Origin: an uncultured Gemmatimonadaceae bacterium | GTDB taxonomy: Bacteria; Gemmatimonadota; Gemmatimonadetes; Gemmatimonadales; Gemmatimonadaceae | DNA length: 64,000 nucleotides | Reading direction: 5' to 3' | NCBI GenBank assembly: GCA_963829055.1 | Contig: CAWHHI010000004.1 | Span: 768,001 to 832,000, forward strand | Part shown: positions 1 to 8,905 of the stretch, in pieces | Numbering within the stretch: position 1 is the stretch's first letter | How the letters are laid out: each line of letters opens with the position of its first letter | Position numbers and translations under genes: made by a program | The notes under the pieces: model-generated | The model's database searches: none | Told to the model about the DNA's origin: nothing | The model's input: only the letters and a program-made list of their open reading frames with translations

Positions 1-89
1 AATTCGGCGAGCCGCTGCGGGCGGAGGGACAGCTCTACGGGACCTTCTTCGGCGAGCTCTTCCGGGGTCGTGACTTCTCGTGGGGACAT
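1..89 (-). CDS. ruvB: Holliday junction helicase RuvB, N-terminus (runs off window start)
   Basis: Manual translation from ATG at 89: MSPREVTTPEELAEEGPVELSLRPQRLAE, matching the RuvB N-terminal LRP motif; ruvA and ruvC lie upstream on the same strand. Confidence 0.85.
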   Translation of the reverse strand, partial: MSPREVTTPEELAEEGPVELSLRPQRLAE

Positions 90-155
90 CGTTCAGCGTC
101 GCAGGAGGAGCGCGTAATCTAACCGAAGAGATACCGATACGCAGCAGCCACGACG

Positions 156-305
156 CTATGGCTTCGGCGTGGGATTGGGCGCCTGCGCGTTGCCGTCCAG
201 CGCCGACGATCGCGACGTCGATCGTGGCGTGCAGAGCGTCATCAGGACAGCGATGATCGCTCCCATCACCACGATCGCCGCCACGGGCCGAGTGTATCGC
301 GCCAT
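156..305 (-). CDS. Small 49-aa putative membrane or secreted protein
   Basis: Manual translation MARYTRPVAAIVVMGAIIAVLMTLCTPRSTSRSSALDGNAQAPNPTPKP; GGAG shortly upstream of ATG; one hydrophobic segment; fills the gap between the aminotransferase and ruvB. Confidence 0.5.
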   Translation of the reverse strand: MARYTRPVAAIVVMGAIIAVLMTLCTPRSTSRSSALDGNAQAPNPTPKP

Positions 306-341
306 GGTCGCTCCGCCTAACGATGGCCGAAGCTCGAGCGA

Positions 342-1499
342 CTAGACCCGAGCGGTGAGCCCCGCCAGGCGCTCCGCAGCTCGGTCGAGCGTCTCCTGCT
401 TCTTGCAGAACGCGAACCGGATCATGTTCTTGCCGCGTCCGCTGCCGGCGTGGTAGAAGCTCGAGCCTGGAACACCCGCGACGCCGACGTCCGCGGCCAT
501 CCATTTCGCGAACTCGACGTCGCTCTTGTCGCTCAGCGCCGAGAAGTCCGCGAGCACGTAGTACGCGCCCTCGGGAATCGAGAAAGTGAACCCCGCTTCC
601 GCGAGGATGGGCAGCAGCGAATCGCGGCGCGCGCGATAGTCGAGCGAGAGGTGATTGTAGTAGTCGGCGTCGAACGCCATGCCGACTGCCGCGGCCGCTT
701 GCAGTGGAGCGGGCGCGCCGACCGTGAGGAAGTCGTGCACTTTCCGGATCGCGACGCTCTCGCGCTCCGGTGCGATCGCGTAGCCGAGCCGCCAGCCTGT
801 GCAGCTGAACGTCTTGGACATGCCGGAGATCGTGACCGTGCGGTCGCGCATGCCGGGCCACGTCGCGAGCACGTGGTGTCCGCCAGCGTAGCGAATGTGC
901 TCGTAGATCTCGTCCGTGATCGCCCACACGTCGTGCTCCACGCACAGCTCGGCGATGACGCCGATCTCTTCACGCGTGAGCACGCGTCCCGTGGGGTTGT
1001 GCGGCGTGTTGACGATGATCGCCTTCGTCTTCTCGTTGAACGCGGCGCGCAGCACTTCGGGATCGAAGCGCCAGCTCGGTGCCTCGAGCGGCACGTAGCG
1101 TGGCGTCGCGTTCGCGAGAATCGCGTCGGGCCCGTAGTTCTCGTACCACGGCTCGAAGATGATGACCTCGTCGCCGGGATTGATCAGGGCGAGGAAGACG
1201 GCGGCCATGGCTTCGGTGGCGCCGCACGTGACGGTGATCTCCTTGTCGGGATCGACCGGCATGTCGTACCAGCGCCGGTACTTCTCCGCGATCCCGAGCC
1301 GGAGCGCCGGTGCGCCCCACGTGATCGCGTACTGGTTGATGTCCCCGTGAATAGCGGCACAGGCGGCTTCCTTCATCGCTTCGGGCATCGGAAAGTCCGG
1401 GAAGCCCTGGGCGAGGTTGATCGCGCCGTGCTGCTGCGCGACGCGCGTCATCTCGCGGATGACGGATTCCGTGAAGCTGGCGGTTCGGATGGCAGGCAT
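342..1499 (-). CDS. PLP-dependent aminotransferase class I/II (YbdL/kynurenine aminotransferase-like)
   Basis: INLAQGFPDF, NTPHNPTG, DEIY and SKTFSCTGWRLGY (PLP lysine) motifs. Confidence 0.93.
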   Translation of the reverse strand: MPAIRTASFTESVIREMTRVAQQHGAINLAQGFPDFPMPEAMKEAACAAIHGDINQYAITWGAPALRLGIAEKYRRWYDMPVDPDKEITVTCGATEAMAAVFLALINPGDEVIIFEPWYENYGPDAILANATPRYVPLEAPSWRFDPEVLRAAFNEKTKAIIVNTPHNPTGRVLTREEIGVIAELCVEHDVWAITDEIYEHIRYAGGHHVLATWPGMRDRTVTISGMSKTFSCTGWRLGYAIAPERESVAIRKVHDFLTVGAPAPLQAAAAVGMAFDADYYNHLSLDYRARRDSLLPILAEAGFTFSIPEGAYYVLADFSALSDKSDVEFAKWMAADVGVAGVPGSSFYHAGSGRGKNMIRFAFCKKQETLDRAAERLAGLTARV

Positions 1500-1625
1500 G
1501 AGGGGAAAGTGGCAAGAGCCCGCGGCGCAGGCTAGCCCTTGCCGCGATCTGCGGCCAGACTAGTCGTGGGGCTCGGCTCTCTGTTCGGGCCTCGACCAGA
1601 ATCTCACGCCGTCTGGAGCGCGCCC

Positions 1626-3787
1626 GTGGAACTCACCAGTCCTCGAAATCCAGCGTACCGTCGCGCGTCAGCCATTCCGCTGATCGTCACAGCCCTTGTT
1701 TGTCTCCCCGCGGTGGCTGCGCACGGGCAGTCCGCTGCTTCGACTCAGCCGGCAGCAGGAAGAGCGCTCGCGATCGAGGATTACTACCGGGTGAAAGGGG
1801 TAGGTTCGCCCGAGCTCTCGCCCGACGGTCGATGGGTGGCGTACACCGTTGCGACTCGCGTCGAGGCGACGAACGGCGAGACGAGCGAGGTCTGGCTGAC
1901 CTCGACCGATGCATCCGTGCCGAGTCGCCGCGTGAGCATCGAGGGGACGAATGGGACCGGCGTTCGGTGGACGGATGACGGTCTGCTGCACTTCGTTGCT
2001 GACGGCAAACCGAAGTCCGTCAATCCGGCGCAGCCCGACGTCGTGATCGAAGACTCTGTCGCCGGGCCGCCTGGAGCGAGAGGTGGTCGCGGCGGCGCCT
2101 CGGGCCGCGTGTCGCTCCCGAGCCCCGATGGGAAATGGACGGCCGTCGTGCGCGACACGCCGCCGCCCAAGCGCGAGACCACCTACGCCTCGGACTTCGA
2201 GAAGCGCCACGAGGAGCGGTTCAAGGGCGTCGAGTTCGACTGGCTCGATTTTCAGCGCGACGGTCAGCCGTTCCCGGTGCCGAACCGTCTCGATCCCTCC
2301 GTGAGTCCGCCGCAGGAGATCTTCCTGGTACCTAACGATGGAGGCGCCGAGCGTCAGCTGACGCGCCTGTCGCTGCGGCCGACCGGCGTCGCGTGGAATC
2401 GCGACGGCACGCGGCTGCTCTTCAGCGCCGACTCGAGCTATCGGACCGAGCGGGTGTACGGGGCGACGCAGATCTATTCCGTCTCGCTCGACGGTACCGT
2501 GCGCCGCCTCTCGGCCGACACGAACTACAGCTACACGGGTGCGCGATATTCGCCGGACGGCCGCTGGATTCTCTACACGCGTCAGCTGTCCACCGACGCG
2601 GTGATCCGCCGGAAGCTGGACCATGGCGGCGCGACAGATCTCGCGATCATGCCCGCCGATGGCGGTCCGGAGCGAGTGCTCACGGCCGACTGGGATTTCC
2701 TGCCGGCGTCGCCGGTGTGGAGTCCCGATAGCAAGTACGTGTATTTCACCGGCGGCGTCGGGGGAGCGAATCACCTCTTTCGCGTCCCGCCTAACGGTGG
2801 ACCCGTGGAACAGGTCACGAAGGGCGAGCGCCGCATCAATGGCGTGAGCTTCGACCGGGACTTCACGCGCATCGCATACACGGTTGGGCTCATCGAGTCG
2901 CCGCCGGAGATCTACACGGCGCGCATCGATGGCTCGGGGGAGGCGCGGCTCACGCACGTCAATGACGACTTCACGAGCGAGGTGGCGTTAGGCAAGGCGG
3001 AGCGCCTCCAGTTCAAGAGCAAGGACGGAACGCCGATCGAGGGGTGGCTCCTGTACCCGTATGGGTACCGTCCGAATGGCGGACCGTATCCGCTCGTCGT
3101 GAGCAACCACGGAGGCCCGCACGCGGCGGACGGCTACAGCTTCGACTTCAAGAATCAGCTCTTTGCCGCGAACGGCTACTTCGTGCTCGAAGTGAACTTC
3201 CGGAGCTCGACGGGCTACGGCGAGAAGTTCCTGTGGGGAACGTGGGGCGCGTGGGGCACGAAGGATGGCCAGGACGTCATGGCAGGCGTCGACTACGTGC
3301 TCGGCCGCGTACCGGCGGATCGCCGGCGCGTGGCGACGATCGGCCACTCGTACGGCGGCTTCATGACGAACTGGCTGATCACGCAGTACCCGGATCGCTT
3401 CGCGGCGGCGATTCCGGGCGCAGGCATCGTCAACTGGATGAGCGACTATGGCACGGCGGACATTGCGCGCACGAAGGAGACGGAGTTCTACGGCACTCCG
3501 TGGGAGGAGAAGGCGCGCGACGATCATGATTCGCCAATCACCGCTGACGTACGCGGGGCGGGTCAAGACGCCGACGCTGTTCATCAACGGTGAGATCGAT
3601 CAGCGGGTGCCGTATTCGGAAGCGGAGCAGATGTACGTCGCGCTCAAGAAGAACGGCGTGCCGGCGAAGGTGATTCGGTACGAGAACATGCCGCACAGTA
3701 TCTCGGGGTCGTGGAATCAGATCCACCGGATGCTGAACGAGCTGCACTGGCTGGATACGTATCTCAAAGACGCCGAAGGTGAGCTGA
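1626..3787 (+). CDS. S9 family peptidase (dipeptidyl aminopeptidase/acylaminoacyl peptidase), secreted; frameshifted
   Basis: Signal-like N-terminus, SPDGRW propeller repeats, HGGP and GHSYGG nucleophile; C-terminus (SPLTY..KTPTLFINGEIDQRVP..MPH) continues in another frame after about 3520; second probable indel near 3768; start uncertain. Confidence 0.88.
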
Positions 3788-3853
3788 GGCTGCAGGCTGC
3801 GCTGCGTGCTTGCTTCGGCGCGCGCGGGGCTGGTCTGGATCATCGCGGCGCTA

Positions 3854-4371
3854 GGCGCGGGCACTCGGCTCCGGTGGCCACGCGCTTACACGCCTCGAGC
3901 CGAGCGGGTACCGAACTCCGTGCCGGGAGAGTGGCTCGGCCCCGCTCGTCTCGGGGCTACGCGCGAGGCCCCCTCCGCCGAGCGCCCGCGCCCCCCGGTC
4001 ATGGCGCGCTCCGGGGCCGGCCGCTCGTCACCGCACGCACGCATCGCCGACCGCGCCGCGGAGCGGCGCGCCAGCGTGCAGCAAGTCCGTGGCTCCTCTC
4101 GGCCGGCACGACCCGCGTTAGGGCGCGCACTGGCTGGGTGCTGCTCGCTGCTTGCCCCGACGGTCGGGATGCGTACCAGGAGGCGGGGGTGTCGCGTCGT
4201 AGGCGTCGTTGGCGCGTAGCCCCGAGACGAGCGGGGCCGAGCCACCTGTCCCGTAGCACGGAGTTCGGTACCCGTCGGCTCGAGGCGTGTAAGCGCCTAC
4301 GGCGCCGGAGACGCGACACCCCCGCCGACAAGACAGCGATCCCGATCGTCAGCACGCGAGCAGCACCCAGC
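3854..4371. repeat. Two inverted copies of an approximately 84-bp structured element, each enclosed in its own long stem
   Basis: 3882-3964 is near-identical to the reverse complement of 4212-4296; flanking stems 3854-3869/3977-3992, 4182-4198/4310-4326 (perfect 17 bp) and 4133-4148/4356-4371 (perfect 16 bp). Confidence 0.85.
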
Positions 4372-4378
4372 ACCCAGC

Positions 4379-4975
4379 TCAGCCGCGAACTTTCGCCAGG
4401 GCGTTCCGGATCAGCTCAGTCGCGCTCTGGGCACGGCCGTTCGTGTCGAGCGCCGCGCGCACGGCCTTGTCCGCATCCGCCAACGTGTAGCCTAACGACA
4501 CCAACGCCCGGATCGCGTCCTCCGCGCCAGCGCCCTCCGGGCGCGGGCCGCCGGTCGGTTCACCGCCCAGATCGTCCAGCTTGTCCGCAAGGTCGAGCAC
4601 CAGCTGCTCCGCCTTCTTGCGTCCAACACGCGGGACACTCTGCAGCGTCACGACGTCTTTCTCCCGGATCGCGCGCACCAGCCGTTCCGCCGAGAGCGCC
4701 GACAGCATACCTAACGCGAGGGAAGGGCCCACCCCCTTCGCATCCAGCACGCGCCGGAACACGCGCCGCTCGTACGGCGTCGTGAAGCCGAAGAGCTGCC
4801 AGCCATCCTCGCGCACGACCAGATGCGTGTGCAGCGTCGCCGTGTCGCCCACCTTGGGCAGGCCCTCGTACGCGCTCAGCGGAATCGAGAGCTCGTACCC
4901 AACGCCGCCTTCCGTGATGATCTCGACGTGGTCGAGCTCCTTCGTCGCGAGCCGCCCGAATACCTGTGAGATCAA
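4379..4975 (-). CDS. ruvA: Holliday junction branch migration protein RuvA
   Basis: TTG start overlapping the ruvC stop; GGVGYEL, LHTHLVVRED, LFGF, GVGP and VPRVGRKKAEQL HhH motifs, ALVSLGY. Confidence 0.95.
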   Translation of the reverse strand: MISQVFGRLATKELDHVEIITEGGVGYELSIPLSAYEGLPKVGDTATLHTHLVVREDGWQLFGFTTPYERRVFRRVLDAKGVGPSLALGMLSALSAERLVRAIREKDVVTLQSVPRVGRKKAEQLVLDLADKLDDLGGEPTGGPRPEGAGAEDAIRALVSLGYTLADADKAVRAALDTNGRAQSATELIRNALAKVRG

Positions 4976-5538
4976 CGGCGACTCCCGGTCGTGATCGGCT
5001 TCACCGTGACTGGTTTCGGCGCGAACGGCGACGGTGGCAACGCGCTCCCAGGCCCCATCTTCGGAAGCCGCGCGCCCATCAGGTAGGTCAGTGCCGCCGC
5101 AACGCCATCCGCGGCGTCCGACGGAGCTGGGACTGCTTTCAATCTGAGAAGTCGCGTGAGCATGAACTGGACTTGTTCCTTCGTGGCCGCGCCCGAGCCA
5201 ACGACCGTCTTCTTGATCTCGGCCGGCGGAAACTCGTGCACCTCGATGCCGGCCTGCGCACCCGCGAGCAGCACGACGCCGCGTGCGTGGCCGAGCACCA
5301 CGGTCGTCCGCACGTTCTTCGCGTAGAACACGTCCTCGACTGACAGCGCCTGCGGCCGATGACGCAGAATGAGCTCGGTGACACCTTCGTGAATCTCGCG
5401 CAACCGCTGCGGAAGCGAGTCGCGCGGCCGCGTGCGAATGACGCCGCATTCAACGAGCGTCGGAGGGCGAGTGCCGTCGCCACTCACGACGCCGTACCCC
5501 GTGGTCGCCGTTCCCGGATCGATGCCGAGAACGATCAC
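4972..5538 (-). CDS. ruvC: Crossover junction endodeoxyribonuclease RuvC
   Basis: LGIDPG, VEDVF, HARGV, G-A-KEQV and DAADG motifs. Confidence 0.97.
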   Translation of the reverse strand: MIVLGIDPGTATTGYGVVSGDGTRPPTLVECGVIRTRPRDSLPQRLREIHEGVTELILRHRPQALSVEDVFYAKNVRTTVVLGHARGVVLLAGAQAGIEVHEFPPAEIKKTVVGSGAATKEQVQFMLTRLLRLKAVPAPSDAADGVAAALTYLMGARLPKMGPGSALPPSPFAPKPVTVKPITTGSRR

Positions 5539-5545
5539 GGACGGG

Positions 5546-6289
5546 TCACGCCTTCGCCATCTCCGACACGTCCATGTCGAAGTTGGCGTCGACCTTCTGT
5601 ACGTCGTCCAACTCTTCGAGGCCTTCGAGCAACTTGATCAGCGACTCGGCGTCCTTTCCTTCGACGCGAACCGTGTTCTTGGGAATCCAGACGATCTCCG
5701 CGCTCGTCGATGCGAATCCCTTGGCATCGAGCGCGGACTTCACGGCGTGCAGGTCGCCGACGGCTGTTGTGACGACGAACTGATCGTCCTCGCGCTGCAC
5801 GTCTTCCGCGCCGGCCTCGAGCGCGGCCTCGATGAGCGGATCTTCTTCGACGCGAGCGGCGTCGAGGTAGATCTGTCCGCGACGATCGAACATCCAGGAC
5901 ACGGAGTTCGCGGCGCCCAGGTTTCCACCGCCGCGCGAGAGCTTGAACCGGATTTCAGCGACCGTGCGGTTCGGGTTGTCGGTCACTGTCTGGATCATGA
6001 GGGCGACGCCCGCGGGCCCGTAGCCTTCGTACAGGATTTCCTGGTACTCGACGCCCTCGAGCTCACCCGTGCCCTTCTTTACCGCGCGCTCGATGTTCTC
6101 CTTGGGCATCGAGTTGCCCTTGGCGGTCTCGATGGCCGTGCGCAGTCGCGGGTTGCCGTCGGGGTCACCGCCGCCCTGCTTCGCGGCCATGGTGATCTCG
6201 CGGATGAGCTTCGTGAACAAGGCACCACGCTTGGCGTCAGTGGCAGCCTTGTAGTGCTTGATCTGCTTCCATTTACTGTGGCCGGCCAT
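5546..6289 (-). CDS. yebC: YebC/PmpR family protein
   Basis: MAGHSKWKQIK start, YEGYGP, TDNPNRT, LDDVQKV; classic position before ruvC. Confidence 0.97.
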   Translation of the reverse strand: MAGHSKWKQIKHYKAATDAKRGALFTKLIREITMAAKQGGGDPDGNPRLRTAIETAKGNSMPKENIERAVKKGTGELEGVEYQEILYEGYGPAGVALMIQTVTDNPNRTVAEIRFKLSRGGGNLGAANSVSWMFDRRGQIYLDAARVEEDPLIEAALEAGAEDVQREDDQFVVTTAVGDLHAVKSALDAKGFASTSAEIVWIPKNTVRVEGKDAESLIKLLEGLEELDDVQKVDANFDMDVSEMAKA

Positions 6290-6362
6290 AAGCAACTCTT
6301 GAAGTGCGAGTACGGTCTGCGGTCGAGGCGGAAATATATCACCGAGTCCCGATCGGGCGCCC

Positions 6363-6499
6363 TGTCATTCCGAGCGGAGCTTGTCATTCCGAGCGAACGA
6401 AGTGAGTCGAGGAATCCTTGGCCTGCAGGGTAGAGGGCTCTCTACCGGGACGCCAACGATTCCTCGACTCCGCCGCTTCGCGGCTGCGCTCGGAATGAC
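6363..6499. repeat. GTCATTCCGAGCG...GAGGAATC palindromic repeat cluster (REP-like), copy 1
   Basis: TGTCATTCCGAGCG twice plus AGTCGAGGAATC, then inverted GATTCCTCGACT...CGCTCGGAATGAC. Confidence 0.85.
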
Positions 6500-6501
6500 G
6501 A

Positions 6502-7500
6502 CTATCGTCGTGTCCGTAATTGCATGGCTTCCGGTGGCCAATCGCCCCCGAGAAAACGAGCGAGTGCCGGCAACACGCGATCGCCCCGCTCCACGTACGC
6601 GAGGTGGCCCGCACCTGACAGCATGATGAGCCTCGCATCCGGAATGAGCTCCGCCCAGCGACGCGCGCCGTCGGGCGACACCGCGAGATCGCGGTCTCCC
6701 TGGATCACGAGCGTCGGCGCGCGGATCGCCAACGCCTTCCGCGTGAAATCCCACCGCCGAGGCAGCGACCGCATCGTCTGATCGTTTCGCCACGCAAGCC
6801 GCGCCGGTGACTCGTTTCGCAGTTCACAGAAATCCGTCGCGACCTGCGACACCTGTGCGGAGTCACCGAGGTATATCGGCAGGTACGCGGCATTCCACCG
6901 CCGACAGTCGCCCGCAAAATCCGCGGTGTCGGACGCGGCGGCGCGCGCGCGTGCGAGCCGCGCCGCCGCCGAATCTTCCTTCACCCTTCGCTCGGCCGGT
7001 GCATAACGCGAGCTCGTCTGCTCGTCGGGCGCCATCGGACCGAGCAGCGCGAGTCGGCTCACCCGCTCGGGATGATCTGCCGCGTAGAGAGCCGTGACGA
7101 GTCCGAGATAGGAGAACCCCACCAGTGCTACTCGCGAGATGCCGAGCCCTGATCGGATCGCCTCGAGGTCTCGCACCTCGTCGGCCATCGTGAGGCGGTT
7201 CGCGTCAGGCACCCAGTCCGACTGTCCGCGCCCGCGCGGATCGTAGAACACCACGGTCACGTCTTCGCGCAATGGTGACAGGTACAGCGCCAGCAGCACG
7301 CCCGCGGGGACGACGACCGTATCGCGACCCTTGCCGTAGATCGCGTAGTACAGACGCGCGCCGTCGCCACTGGCGATGAAGCCTGACGAGTCGGGGCGAG
7401 GCTGCGACCATGCGGTTCTCGGGACCGCGAACGTACAGGCGATCGCGAGCGCCGATAGCGACTGCCTTACGCGAGCACCGCGACGAGTGGCCGGATTCAT
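6502..7500 (-). CDS. Secreted alpha/beta fold hydrolase (proline iminopeptidase-like)
   Basis: Signal peptide, YDPRGRGQS, GFSYLG nucleophile elbow, QGDRD, GAGH. Confidence 0.88.
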   Translation of the reverse strand: MNPATRRGARVRQSLSALAIACTFAVPRTAWSQPRPDSSGFIASGDGARLYYAIYGKGRDTVVVPAGVLLALYLSPLREDVTVVFYDPRGRGQSDWVPDANRLTMADEVRDLEAIRSGLGISRVALVGFSYLGLVTALYAADHPERVSRLALLGPMAPDEQTSSRYAPAERRVKEDSAAARLARARAAASDTADFAGDCRRWNAAYLPIYLGDSAQVSQVATDFCELRNESPARLAWRNDQTMRSLPRRWDFTRKALAIRAPTLVIQGDRDLAVSPDGARRWAELIPDARLIMLSGAGHLAYVERGDRVLPALARFLGGDWPPEAMQLRTRR

Positions 7501-7534
7501 CCGAGACCTCCGTGGCTCTTACCGGCGTCGCTTG

Positions 7535-8377
7535 TCAGCGATCCGGTTCCAGCATGTCCTCGAACCGCATCCACTGCTTGTAGAAAAAGAGATCCACGTA
7601 CCCGCGCGCACCGTTGCGGTTCTTGAGGACGAGCAACTCCGTCGCGCCGTCGACGTCGGGTGCGCTGTCGTACATCTCGTGACGATACAGACCGAGCACG
7701 ACATCGGCGAACTGCTTGAGTGCACCGAGCGCGCCGAAGTCGTCCAGGTGTGGCCGCGGGTCCTTGCGATCGCGGGCGATCGCCGGGAGATGCGTGGTCG
7801 CGATCACGCACACATCGAACTCCACCGCGATGCGCTTGAGCGCCCGTGCGGACGTGGCGAGGTCTTCGTCCAGTGACCGAGCGCCCGTCGCGAGCGACTG
7901 CAACGGATCGACGATCAGCAGATCGACGCTGCGCAGCCGCGCCGTTTCCTGCTCGAGCGCGGCGGCTCCGCCAGAGTCCACTGACCCGAACGACGGAAAC
8001 TGCTGATCGAGCCGTCGAGCGGCGGCCTCCAATCGGCTACGAGATTCATCGTCGAGGTTGCCGCGACGCAGATCGTCGACCCGAACGCGCGCTTCGATCG
8101 CCAACGCGCGTTCGGCGGCGCGCGTCTGGTCCATCTCGCCCGAGAGGAAACGCGTTTTCACTCCGGCCTCGCTCGCCCGGAGGGCAATGGCGAGCGTGAG
8201 CGCGGACTTTCCACTCCCGACCTCGCCTCCCAGGACGACCAGGTCTCCACGTCTGACTCCGCCGCCGAGCGCGTTGTCGACGCTCGGAAATCCCGTCGCG
8301 ATCGTATCGCGCGGCGCAGTGCCTCCGGCGATGGTTTCGATCGCGCGACGCGCCCGTGCTTCGTCGATGTCGCTCAT
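7535..8377 (-). CDS. DnaB-like helicase C-terminal (RecA-fold) domain-only protein
   Basis: IATGFPSVD..GG, Walker A GGEVGSGKS, SGEM, LLIVDPLQ, LKRIAVE, ADVVLGLYR, LKNRNG; no N-terminal domain; ATG overlaps upstream TGA. Confidence 0.85.
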   Translation of the reverse strand: MSDIDEARARRAIETIAGGTAPRDTIATGFPSVDNALGGGVRRGDLVVLGGEVGSGKSALTLAIALRASEAGVKTRFLSGEMDQTRAAERALAIEARVRVDDLRRGNLDDESRSRLEAAARRLDQQFPSFGSVDSGGAAALEQETARLRSVDLLIVDPLQSLATGARSLDEDLATSARALKRIAVEFDVCVIATTHLPAIARDRKDPRPHLDDFGALGALKQFADVVLGLYRHEMYDSAPDVDGATELLVLKNRNGARGYVDLFFYKQWMRFEDMLEPDR

Positions 8378-8775
8378 GCTGTCGGCACGGCGAAGGCACG
8401 CATCAGTTCGTGCAGCTCGGCGATGGCCATTGCGTCGAGCGGCGGGGTGCACGCCTCCACCACGGCGCGAAATGCCGGCTCCACCCCGTCACGGTCGACC
8501 GAAGCCGTGGCATCCACCAGGCGGGCGAGCAACTGCCGCAATGCGGCCGGGAGTGCGAGCGACGCGAGCCACGTGCGAGCACCAACCGCTCGTGTCATGC
8601 GAACGCCTTGAGGCAGGGGCTGCGGTGGCAGCGCGCCGACGACGAGCCGTGCCGCCAGGAGCGTCGCCAGCGCTACCTCACGATCGCCACCGAGCGCCGA
8701 ACGCCCGACGAGGGAAGCGAGTGCACGGAAGCGAAAGCGCGGCGTGGAGAGCGCGTAGGGGGGTAGTAATGGCAC
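8374..8775 (-). CDS. Hypothetical protein, translationally coupled to the DnaB-like gene
   Basis: Ala/Leu-rich ORF with ATGA overlap at 8374-8377; start uncertain (GTG 8775 or 8844). Confidence 0.6.
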   Translation of the reverse strand: MPLLPPYALSTPRFRFRALASLVGRSALGGDREVALATLLAARLVVGALPPQPLPQGVRMTRAVGARTWLASLALPAALRQLLARLVDATASVDRDGVEPAFRAVVEACTPPLDAMAIAELHELMRAFAVPTA

Positions 8776-8905
8776 GGCGCCAAATCTACGGGCGGGCGCG
8801 AGCACAGCAACGCGTCGACGCCATGTCGTCAGTTCGACCGGCAACCCACGTCACGGTGACCAATCTTGCTGTCGCCGTCGTCCCCGCGACGGCTAGATTC
8901 ACTAC

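Noticed and set aside
3448..4785. 445-aa ORF as a separate gene
   Set aside because: The first part is the shifted C-terminus of the S9 peptidase; the rest runs through the repeat element and antisense to ruvA
6363..6499. CRISPR array from repeated GTCATTCCGAGCG units
   Set aside because: Only two or three units in inverted arrangement, no regular unique spacers and no cas genes; the same applies at 17303 and 40536
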